Assembly (NCBI GenBank): GCA_017499595.2
Contig: CM039009.1
Span: 1,612,001-1,676,000 of the forward strand
Length of the DNA: 64,000 bases
Direction of reading: 5' to 3'
Source: Psilocybe cubensis
Taxonomy: Eukaryota
The translations under genes and the position numbers were made by a program. The first letter of the stretch is position 1. Each line of letters starts with the position of its first letter. Positions 37,036 through 48,592 of the stretch are shown piece after piece. A model generated the notes under the pieces. That model saw only the letters and a list, made by a program, of their open reading frames with translations. It was not told the origin of the DNA and searched no databases.

Positions 37036-38145
37036 ACTGACTTAACTTTCCGTTTTCTTGGGTATATGTACAGAGGTTTCAGCAATGTTTTCTTAACTCA
37101 CATTGCCAGAACCAACAACTCAACTACCACAATAATCTCAATTAGAGTAGGCCAAGATTATATACACAACATTTCTGCTTTACTGTAGCTGGTATCGTGA
37201 ACAACATTGATTTTATCTCAGGTTGAATCACTGTTACTCCCAAAGTAAGTTGCATATCTAAGCTGTCATCTAATCGCACTATCACTAAAGAAAATGATAA
37301 GGATACAGGAACTCTCTTAAAATTTGAAGAAAATGGTAAGCGGCTCTACAAGTCAACATGAAATGATCATAGGAAGTAAGTCTATTGACTGGGTAGCTGC
37401 CGCAAAATCCGATCAAGACAAACAAGGTAGATATATTGGCCGGTTAACTACAAGTTGAATATCTAGTACAAAAATTTAACCTGACTAGACCATCCATGGC
37501 AAGTGTCCATAAACAAAAGTCAATGGTCTGGAGTCTTGATGAGTATTGCTGAAGGCTTTCTCAGTTGGGTTAAAGCGTAAACCCTCATAGTATGTCCGCA
37601 GGTTTTTGACAACTTGCTCGGATGCCCTCAGTTGAAAAGTAGCAAGCTCCAATGATGGGTCAACACTGCTAAGGGTTGGGTTTTTGTAACAAGCCGTAAT
37701 GAAGGCTTCTCAAACCCAAGCATGCCTTGCGTGAGCGCTTTGCAATTCAGCATTGGCAATAGCATAGTTGGTAGCTTCTTGTTTTGCCATATTCCCGGTA
37801 AGGGGACGGAGCAGGTGCATTTTGGCCTAAACAAGTGTCAGTGGTAATCAAAGATAGAAAAGATTGACTTACAAGTATCAGTGTTCCATTGTTTCTGCTC
37901 AAAAATGGGGGCATGTGGTGAAAAAGAGACAAGGATACGACGACTAGATACCTTTTGTATAAACTATAATGTGGTAATAGTAGAAGAAGGAGAGAAAAAA
38001 GTGTACGTACAGATTTTTATAGCAACAAACAAAGACTTTCTAGCAAAACAAAGTCACACAAAAAGGTAGGGTTGCACACACGTTGAACTTACAGAACCCT
38101 GACAACACATTGTTACCCGCATAACTCCCTACTTTTTTACTGATT

Positions 38146-39300
38146 ATGATCCAAAAAAAGTGGACCACTTTAGAGCAAGAAAACTGGCTCAAAGCTCGCT
38201 GGCCGGATTTTTGCAATGCTAAGGAGAATGATTCTCAAAGGTCATTCTACCATAACACGTACGCGGAATAGCTAAAACTTTGGCCAAATCCGGAGCCAAC
38301 TGCAGAACAAATTGAGATGGCAAAATCAAAGGAGACTGCTGCAAAGGTTATTTACAGAGCACAAGAGGATGTGAGTTTACAATGCTTTTTATTAATGAAT
38401 TTGCACACTCATACCACGTGTGCAGCAAATAAAAAGCTGGCATAGGAACCATAAGCAACCACCTGTCACAGAGGTCAGCAATTCAATGGGAGCGCCGTCC
38501 TCCTCTGGTGTCCTGAGCCTGAAGCGTAAACAAAAGTCCTAGGCCTGGCAGGCGTACTCCAATCTTACATACAAGACTGAATAGAAATCTAAAGTAGAGG
38601 ATGCTTGGGAGAAGTACAAGATTGACTGGGAAAACACGTACCCAGATACCCCAATTGATATTACCTTGTTTTTATTCAGAAACAAGTTTATGCGCAATCA
38701 TTACGCGGAGCAGTTGGACAAAGTCAAGGCTATGGTCAAAGAGCACCGCAACAAGGAGAAGGAAGATGCTAGAAAGCAAAATGCAAATTTTCAAAGGTCA
38801 ATTTTCTCTTTTTAGAATCTTATTAAATGCTAACACATACCATAGTGCTATTGAGAAACTTTCGCGCACAATTGTGAACTTTGCAGCCAGTATCTACAAG
38901 ATAGCAGGGTGGCATATCACCTTGATCATGGGTGGACCCGTTTCCGCAGACAATGGCAATATTTCCACGATTATGTAATGTCTTATTTGGTCAACATACG
39001 TAATACCACTCACCCGTTTTTTAGTTACCATCATGGTGTGAACAAAGAAGAAAAAAACTTTGAGACTTACTACAGCAAGCAAGAATTTGACGAAATGATT
39101 GCTCACTAATACAATGACTTTCTGAATGAAGTTTTTGGTCAGTTGTACCATCATAATACAGACAAACATACTACTGATACACAGATTAGATTTGAATGAT
39201 TAAAGGATGGGATTGATGATGGGTACCTACCATTTTTATGATAAAATATAAGCATATACCAGCACCCTCATATCTTTCTAGCCAAGGGTTAATTAATATG
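38146..39300 (+). pseudogene. Decayed transposon-associated hypothetical gene
   Basis: Fragments RWPDFCNAKE, WQAYSNLTY, IAGWHITLIMGGP..NGNI, YHHG with introns and stops; ends where the foldback-family sequence begins. Confidence 0.45.
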
Positions 39301-39765
39301 AAATCCCAATGACAAGTTATGATATAAATTAAATTTTTCTTTTCATTCTTATTAGACAGATTTATCATATTTTGCCATAAATCTATCATAACTTGCTATA
39401 AATTTATCATATGTAGATAGATATTAGATATGGAAATTAATGATACATATCATTAAACACATGACAATATTATGATATAGAATGATATGAAAATTATGAT
39501 ATAGGATCTATTAGACAGATTTATCATATCATTTTTTGCCATAAAATATATCATTAGCAAATGATATAGCCAATATTAGCTAGATTATACTTATCTTATC
39601 TTAGATTATCTATCAGATAATTATTATCTAACAGGCTATCTTATTAAATAGTACCTAGTTATTTTTATAAAGATTTAATCTAGGCATTTATATCAATGAC
39701 ATCACTGCTTAGCCTTCCCCTTTGCCTCAGCCCCTGGCTCTATAAATAGAGCTCATCCTATGCTA

Positions 39766-42735
39766 AGGTAGATGACATCCATTTTCTACAAGCCCATGTG
39801 ATTTCTCTGTAACATGTCCGAAAATGGCAATTTCAGAAGTATTAATAGAAAAACATGACCAAAATGCGTTGAATACATCATTGCAGGCCAATACTTAAAA
39901 ATGTTTTTTATACAACTTGTAGGAAATGATTTAGGATATTGCAAAACATGTTTACAATTATTTTTAAGGGAGCAGAACGTCCAAAAAATTGAAAATGAGG
40001 AGATGTTCCTAAATAGCTTATATTAGATTACACATGTCACCCCATTTACCTCCATCTCTTATTACTATGGGTAAAAAGCAAAAGGTAAAATCGATGCAAA
40101 GAGCTAATGCACAGATTGCACATAAAGCTTTGGCTAAACAGCACAAATCAAGCCCTGTAGAGTCATTGGTGTCAGATAGATCAGATGGTGATGATGATGA
40201 TAACAGAGAGGTATCCATTGATTCAAGTTCTACTAGACAACTCAATAAAATCTCTACATATTAGACAGAGAATAGCAACTCTCAAGCCAATCATCAAACA
40301 AGATTTAGAATTATAACATCAGAGCCACAGCAATCTTCTTTATCTACTGCTGAATCTTTGTATTTTGAATGGCAAATTGTTACTACTGCTAGGGAAGTTG
40401 ATGATCCCAACAATAAAAACAAAAAAGACTTGGATAGTAGTGATTTGGGATCAACCAACTCAAGTGATGAGGAAAAGGACAAGGATGATCAAATTCGCAA
40501 TGTCTACATAACTAGGCAATCTCTCAACAAAGAGACAAGTGACATTTTTCCTATCCATGACTTACTACCACATCAAACACATCTTCCACAAGATCCAACA
40601 CTATCACACCCACCCTATTCAGAATACCAATACTCTGAACTTATTTCAGATCCAAATCAACATCAATCAACAAACACATATCTTGTTCCTACTCAGATGG
40701 AAGCTACATTTGCACTTGTAGATCTCAAAAAAATTCTTTGCCTGCAATCTAATAATGGAAAACAATCAAAAAACCTGGAACTTGATATGTGGCAACATAT
40801 GCGCATCGAGGGCATGGCTTCTATGTTGCGTATGTTTACCAATCAGCAATCAGCAATCTATAATCAGTGGGGTGCATCTGCGTGCCAAGCAGCAATTGGT
40901 ATAGGAAGAGGTACTTACTGTGCACGTTGACTCTGTGAACTCAAGCATAGTTTTTTGGCCAATCAGAGCATTCTTCCAGTGAACCCATTTGGAGATTGGA
41001 ATAAATCACTGTTGGTCAATGAAAACATTGTCAATGAAATCACTATCTTTCTTTTATCTCTTGGAAACAACATCACTGCTACAAAGCTTATACACTTTCT
41101 ACATTGCATAGAAATCAAAGAAAAATATGGAATCGAGCACAATATTACACACAAAACTGTGTGCCAGTACCTCCAAGCCCTTGGTTATTGTTATCAATCT
41201 ATGCCAAAAGGTCAATATGTAGATAGGCATGAGAGAGAAGATGTGGTTGCTTATCGAAACAAAGTCTTTTTGTCAAAGTGAAAACAGTTTATGGATCGAA
41301 TGTCAACTTACAACAAAAATTTAAAAGAATATCCGCCATCTTTGACGGACAAAAGAAGGGACATTGTGTGGTTCTACAATGAGTCCATTTTTTATGCCAA
41401 CAATAGGCGTAAAAAAGGATGGTACCATAAGGACACCAGTCCCAAACCTTATGCTAAGGGAGAAGGTGCATCAATAATGGTTGTGCATTTTGTCTCTGCA
41501 GACTTTGGATGGCTAAGCTTACCTAATAGACACATATCTGCCTGTTGCCTATTCAAGCCAGAAAAACACCGCAATGGTTATTTTTTGAGTGACAACATAA
41601 TAAACCAAACAGATAAGGCAATTGATATTGTCAAAGAATTTTATCTGCAATTTGATCACGTCTTTGTATTCGACAATGCTACTACTCACTTGAAGCGTCC
41701 AAACAATGCTTTATCTGCTCGAAAGATGCCCAAAAGCATTCCAAAGCTGGGAAAAAATTGGGGGGTAGAAGCAATCAAACATGATCCATTGACTGGAAAG
41801 ATTATTTATCAGGCAGATAGAAAGCCACAAAAGATAAAGATCTTGATGAGGGATGCACAGTTTGCAGATGGTACACCTCAACCACTTTATTTTCCAGCAG
41901 ATCACCCAAACCCAGATCTACAAAAACAATTCAAAGGAATGGCTGTCATACTGCAAAAGCAAGGATTTGGAGATATATCAAATATGCAAGCCCAATGCAA
42001 AGGTTTTAAATGTGCACCTGGATCCATAGATTGCTGCTGTTGCCGCATGCTTTACAACCAACCCAACTTTGCCAATGCAGAATCAATTCTCGAGTTGCAT
42101 TGCTGTTCCCACGGTATTGATATTTTTTTTTGCCAAAGTTTCACTGTGAGCTCAATTTCATTGAGCAGTGCTGGGGACGAGCAAAAAGTGTGTATTGAAC
42201 TTACCCTCCGTCCGCAAGAGAAGAGGACCTTGAAAAGAATACACTCACATCATTGGATAGCATTTCTTTATCGATGATGAGAAAGTTTGCTACTTGGTCA
42301 CAGCGATTTATAAATGCTTATGTACAGGGTTTAAATGGGAAACAAGTGGCGTGGGCAGCACGAAAGTACCGGTGCCATTGTGTACTTCCCAAAAATATAC
42401 TGGATGAATTGAAAAGAGAAGCAGTCAGTTAAATGGTGGACCCCGGTAATGTTTGTCTTATCTTTTCTCTTACCATCATGGGAAGATATCAACCATGTTG
42501 ATCTCTAGACTTTTTGAGTAAAAATTCTAAGGATCTGTCCAACAGATAAGAGTAAAATTTTAGCAGGCTATGTTTTTATTTAAAATGAAGACTTTGTATA
42601 AAAAAAATTCCCCCATTTTGCTTTCTTTGTTAAGATGCTCAGCCAAAATGACCTTATAGATAAAAATTTGCCTTTTTTGGATGTCACAGTTTTGTCACCT
42701 CACATGGGCTTGTAGAAAATGGATGTCATCTACCT
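39766..42735 (+). mobile_element. IS630-Tc1-mariner (ITm) element, 2970 bp, perfect 36-bp TIRs, TA TSD
   Basis: TA|AGGTAGATGACATCCATTTTCTACAAGCCCATGTGA (39766-39801) and its exact reverse complement at 42700-42735|TA. The empty site CCTATGCTACTTTT is seen at ~20797. Confidence 0.93.
40067..42432 (+). pseudogene. ITm transposase pseudogene with a long second-D-to-E spacer
   Basis: KGQYVDRHEREDVVAYR, WFYNESIF (first D mutated to N), FVFDNATTH, and after a poly-T frameshift at ~42125 LPKFHCELNFIEQCWG; several stops. Confidence 0.88.
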
Positions 42736-43139
42736 TACTTTTGAGGGCATTTATTGACTGTTTCTCTTGGTTTTTTTTTGGTAAACCTATAGTTTTAAAG
42801 TGTTCCAATCCGAATCTGAAATCAGAATTGCAATATCTTTGCTCATTACTGTGCAATTAAGTGTACAATGTTTTAGTCAAAAAGTGCACCTTAAATAGCA
42901 CCCTCCAGGGGTTGGTATGCACCTTTTTGACTATGCCTTTATTTTTTATTTATGTTAGGCGGAATGCATGCCAAGTTTTAGCTCAATTGGAGCAGTAGAA
43001 CCTATTGAACTAGAATATGCACCCTACCCCTCCTCCTACCCCTTGTATAAATGCCTTCCTGATCAGATAAATTCAGGCCCAACTAGGGCTGAGTAGGCGC
43101 TTATTATACCAATTTTTAAACCTTAAAATCTTAGGCACC

Positions 43140-46100
43140 AAATCTTTCCAAAAGTACTTAACAAAGCCCAGCAAAACAATATATTGAATTTTGACAGGAG
43201 TATCTGGTGAGGATCAAGTCCTGGTGGATAAAAATAATGTAATAAAATTTCACCCCCAATTTGACAAACTAGAAGCCTACCAAGACACTATATTGGGCTA
43301 AAAATATTCTCCAGCAGATTCTCAACTACCCTATCAAGGGCTTTTTGTTTGGCAATGGGACTATTAGTGCCCTTGTAAGAGTTTGTCAGTTGATTAAAAA
43401 AATGTTCCTGCATGGAGTCCTTAATTCTAGTTTCTGTATGAGCTTTTTGAAGCTTAGTCTTAGCCCTAATAACTTTTGCATTTTCAAAATAGGAATCAAG
43501 GATTTTTAGGGTTTTCTGTTTGCAGCAAGGCCTACCAGACTATTAAAAATTAGTTAGTAATATGTTAGAAAGTTAAAGGCAAAACACACCTCAATAAATT
43601 CACTAATTCTTCTTATCATTGAGGCCATTGACTCCTTGAAGCATTTACATTTTGAGAGTTTAGTATCATTGGCAGATTGATCAGATCCAACATTGTTATT
43701 GTTTTCTGAACTACTGTTAGAGCTGCCAACAGACATTTGTGAGGTAGAAGCAGTATCTTGGAGCACATCTGGCATATTTCCAAAATCTTGAGCATCAGCC
43801 CCCCTGACCCAACAAATTTGACAAAAAAATTTGCCTCAAAGACCAAGATGGCATGCAAATTTGCTATGCATTGGATTATTTCCTAAAAATGATAGAATGT
43901 GGGGAACCACAAAAACTGGCTTCTTAAATATGCAATCCCATGCCCATACTCCATTGTTTTGGGCAGCTCTAATAAAAAGTTAATTATTCTGTGCAATATA
44001 ACCAATATTAAATAATATGTACTTGACCTGCTCTACAATCCTATCCATCATCTTTAATAGAATTGCAATGTTGGATGTGCATAAAAAGTATATATTGTAT
44101 TCTTTTGCAGCATGTGTTTGAGGAAGGCCTGCTAGGATAAACAGAAAACTATTATGCTTATTCCATTTTTTAGATTGCTTGCCCAATATATCATCACAAT
44201 ACATCCATAGAGGTAGAGCTACAATATGGTGACCTTGGGCATATTTTTGCAAGAGATTTCCAAGAACCGGGTTGATATGCATCTACTTGGCAAGACAAGC
44301 TGCCAATTCTACTATAGATAGCCTAATCCCTAATATATATACATGTTAATAAATAAAGAAATAAGTATCAAGAAAAAACCAACCACAAATGCAAGACGGG
44401 TATGGCACCCCATACAAAGCATGGTCTAAACAGAGACATGGAAAGTTTTTCAATAGCTGTGCTTCTGCAATCTCTACAGTGCAGTCTTTGCAAACAATCC
44501 ACTCTTTTGCAACTTGTTCTAAAGCCCATGATTTTGCCAATATATTTCTGTTATGAATAAACCACCAAAAAAAACTATACATCTTCCATCTTTGAGCATT
44601 GCCGGTTTGAATATAAAGTAGTCTTTGTTTTGAACTCAAATTATAGGAGTAGCATCTTCAGGCGCAAGTTTGTTAAGCCATACAGATACCTGTTGGGTCT
44701 TACTGAGATGAACTCCAATATTTTCTGGATAAAAGTAAAGATGAGACTGAACTTTTGGGTTTGCTATTTCCTAGTATCCATTGATGTTTTTAGAAAGTTG
44801 ATGTAAATGTTAAAAGGCCATATACCTGAGAAATAATATTCTCCAATGAGTTGGTATAATACTGGTTTCCCAATCTCCCATTATATTCAATTGTCCAAAT
44901 ACCACACAGCTTTTGAATCACAGTATTGGCCATTTTAATGGCTCAAGGACTTAGTACATAGTTGATGTTGTTGACCCTTAATAGCTAGAAAAACAAGTCA
45001 AGTTGCTTTCAAGAAAAAGCGGATCAAGGAAGGTGGGCAAGAATATCTAGAGAATATGACTATATTTTCTTAGTTTTGTGACCAAAAGAGGTGTTGGAAT
45101 ACTTACAATATGGTCTTGCTAGGGATACCAATTGCAAAGCATTGCAGGATTATCTGTGCCACCACGGGCACATTTTTTTAAATGCAACTGCTCTGTTTCA
45201 ACATCTAAGTCACTGTCTACAAAGCAAATGTGAGCAAATAGCCAGAATAACTCAAAGAACTTGCCATTTATGGTATTTTCATTGTTACTGTCATACATTA
45301 GACCCTCCTCAAAGTTGCTGAGATTCATGTTGTTAAGATAGTCAAGAGTAGCTTAACTAAAGTGAGCTAAAAGTTCTTGCTCTAGAGAAAGGTCTAAGCA
45401 AGTGTTCTCAAAAACTTTGTGCAGGCCCCAGTTGATACTAGTGACAGGAGATGCAAACACATCCAAGTTGCCATCATTGACTTTATAATTGATATTGTGA
45501 GTCTGGAAAAGAAATGAGTGGTTGGAAGGGTAAATGTCTTGAGGAAATATTCCGGCTGCTGCTGTAAGAAGTGCTCAAATTGCATTTTCTTTAATCATTG
45601 TTTCTAAGAAAGACAGTGAGACAGACACTAGCAACAAGAAATTTTGGGCATTGAATTCATCCACTGTGAGGTGCTTTGCAGTTGTAAAATGGCAACTACA
45701 GTTTTCCAAAAGAATGCCAGCACTATCCTGGCATACAAGGTATACATAGTGGTTGTTGTTATTATCAGTGGGCTGGAATACTATGGTATGGATATTAGAA
45801 AGATTATCATTAGAGGAAGGATAACATCATTCTTATTTTTTGGGTCTGGTGTTTTGCAGTCAGATGGCATGTTTAGAAATGCAGCCGTGCGGCATCAAGT
45901 AACTTAGATTTGATGCAGTTGGGTCAGAATCTAGAGTTTGATGAGGTTTGGAAGCTGTGTCTGACTTATTTTACATTGACTTGGATATTTCCACAAAATT
46001 TGATTAGATTCTAGCTATGATTTTCAAATGCAAGATATTTTGCATCTAACTGTAGTTTTGCAAGCCAGGACTTCTATGAATCTTATCTTTTTTCTAAATA
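43140..46100 (-). pseudogene. CACTA/CMC-like fungal transposase relic, 3' truncated
   Basis: LPLWMYCDDILGKQSKKWNKHNSFLFILAGLP...EYNIYFLCTSNIA resembles the DDxSGNxSKKWNKH motif of basidiomycete CMC-like transposases (recalled, not searched). Confidence 0.65.
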
Positions 46101-46196
46101 AGGCAGGTACTGAGTGATATATTTGTACAAATGTTGTCTTTATTTATATCATCAAATATTGATTGGAGTGCAAAAAGAGAGAGATTCACAGAAGGC

Positions 46197-46463
46197 CTGG
46201 GACAAACAGTTTGGATTTGAGGAAATCCTCATTTTGTGACTCGGACTTAGTAAAAAAAACACAATTTGTCTTAACAACCTTCCACAACTTAAAAAAAGTT
46301 GTCTACAGAATCATTTAAATAGGTTTCTTTTATAATAAAATTCATTTTTACAAGGTCACGCAATTGAGTATGACATGGGATAGTTGGTGATGTAGTTGTT
46401 CGAATTTTACTAAGTCCAACATGACAAAGCGTGACTCTGCCAAAACCAAACCATTTGGCCCAG
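46197..46463. mobile_element. Old MITE-like sequence with ~60-bp imperfect TIRs
   Basis: CTGGGACAAACAGTTTGGATTTG...GGACTTAGTAAAA versus TTTTACTAAGTCC...CAAAACCAAACCATTTGGCCCAG; no clear TSD. Confidence 0.55.
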
Positions 46464-46531
46464 CTATTTCTAATGAAACCAAGTGGAGCTCAAAATATGC
46501 TGAGTCAGAAACGACTGGTGTACAAGCCTAG

Positions 46532-47220
46532 TAGATAGAATAGATTATTATAATCATAATATCCGGCAGATAGCACCTGACCTGTGTGACTACCGCGGTG
46601 GTGAAATTGACATGTTAGATTTTACCACTGAAGTGGTCAAATCCAACATGTAAATTTAATCACTCTAGTGATCAAGTACTGCATGTAAGTATGACCACTC
46701 TAGTGGTGGAATGTAGCAAGCTTATATCAGCACTGAAGTGGTGAAATTAATATGTTGGAGTTTACCACTTCAGTGCTGAAATTGACTTATTATATTCTAC
46801 CACTGCAGTGGTCATAATTGTGTATCATATAGAATAAATACAATGCTAAGAATAGTAATTATTACTACTTATATAATTCCTATACTACTGGGGTAGTAAG
46901 ATTTTGAATGTATCTTATATCACTCAAGTGCTGGAATAGTGTATATGATTTTTACCACTGAAATAGTGGAATAGTCAGTGGTGGAATTTTTAGTTTCAAT
47001 CTCACCACTCTAGTGCTTGCCATATTTGAGCAGTTTGTTTTATTTCTTGGGGTTGGATTAATTAGTTAGTTAGTTTAGGGTTGGGTGTAGGGGTTAGGGA
47101 TGTTGAGTATACATACAAAGTGCATGAGAGCACGCACAATGTACATTGAGACGCAATGTGACAAGGTAGTCACGTGAGTCTGTCCGGCGGACGCATGGAC
47201 ATAGTAATCTATTTGGTTTC
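46532..47220. mobile_element. MITE family A, copy 2, 689 bp, 8-bp TSD AAGCCTAG
   Basis: AAGCCTAG at 46524-46531 and 47221-47228. Colinear with 3487-4280, with the same palindrome array, small deletions and loss of many CpGs. Confidence 0.92.
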
Positions 47221-47986
47221 AAGCCTAGTCCAACCGGAGTCAGACGCATATTGAAACCCAGTTCTGACTAGTGATGTGCCAGTCAGATAACTGTTAGCGA
47301 AGTCAGAAGCAGTTACGTTCCCATCAGTAACCATTATGACCATGACTGTTTTGAACGTGTGAAAAATGAAGATAACGGTACAATATATTCAGGTCCTAAA
47401 TTTGAAAATAGACGTAGGCTATAGGTTTGATACTTGAAAGCTGTACAAATATAATCTATACAACTTTTATACACAGCCTAACTGTGTATGAATCCAAGTG
47501 GTTCTTTGAGTAATAACTCTTGAGGTTGATTTGTGGTAAAATACTGTAAAATTGATGATTCTAACTAGTGTACATTTGCTTACTTAAATACTACTTATTA
47601 ACTAAATATTCCAGATCCTTCTCAGCCATTCTTGTCATTGGCCAAATTGTCTTGATAATTAAGGTACTCACTAGTGAACATGCCCTTTCCTTTCATGACC
47701 TTTCTTTGACTAATTATGTGACTATTGTGAGTGAGAGGACTTTCATCGATTCCCTAACAATGACCATGACCTGACCAACTATACCATAAAAGGTATTTTC
47801 TCAGGGGAATCGGACTGGCTCAGTAGTAGCAAGATAGATTATATAATAGATTATATAATACAAGCAAACTAAAAAAATATCAACTGTGATGCCGTGGTTC
47901 ACTTTTGGAAAATAGCACTGATGGCACTGAGTCAGCATTGACAGCCGAATGGGTAACGTAATGACCGCTATAAACAGTCACTAACC

Positions 47987-48329
47987 CAGGGGGCACCCAC
48001 CGGAGCTTACCGAGAAAACAACCCCTCTTGAGGTCAAGGGAGTGGCTGTGTTGCCGTGGGGGCAATCACCACAACATGATGGCAGTGTGACCTAGTAAAA
48101 GAGGTATATAATGAAGACATTAGTCCTGCTTGTTGAGGATCCATGAGAAATACGACATAGTTTAGGATCCATAATATGTTAAGCTGTGTTAGATACGCCT
48201 ACACTAGGTCCTTCCTCTCTTTTGAGACCTCTCCACACAGATCAGTAATGGTGACATTACTGTGACCATCAGGGTTTGCCGCTCAAGGGAGGGGTTGTTT
48301 TCTCGGTAAGCTCCGGTGGGTGCCCCCTG
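47987..48329. mobile_element. hAT-type MITE, 343 bp, ~41-bp perfect TIRs, 8-bp TSD CACTAACC
   Basis: CACTAACC|CAGGGGGCACCCACCGGAGCTTACCGAGAAAACAACCCCTC ... GAGGGGTTGTTTTCTCGGTAAGCTCCGGTGGGTGCCCCCTG|CACTAACC. CAG termini with an 8-bp TSD are typical of hAT. Confidence 0.88.
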
Positions 48330-48592
48330 CACTAACCGTCTCTGACTTTGATGCTAACCGTAACTTTTATGACCGTCATCCATGGGCTGACCGCCCACCA
48401 CTGACTGGGGGTATTGGGATATGGTACGAAAATCCCCCCTCTTTTTCTCCCTTTCCTTCTCCTTTTTCTTTTTCTTTATTTTTTTATTTTCCCCCACAAA
48501 CACCAGTCTCGGGCCATTTTTTCGAATGCCTTAAAAAACCCACTATGACCTAAAGGTCATGGAAATTTTATTCCGACATATTTCTATTCAAA

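Larger units (their letters stand above)
39300..43130 (+). mobile_element. Second, partial copy of the foldback-like family, split by an ITm element
   Basis: 39710-39765 plus 42736-43130 match ~20750-21230; AT-rich ATATC repeats at 39300-39690. The left boundary is approximate. Confidence 0.78.

Noticed and set aside
16975-39300. TET/JBP or Ulp1 peptidase cargo beside the KDZ genes
   Set aside because: I looked for the catalytic motifs in the translated fragments and found no convincing match; a profile search is needed.
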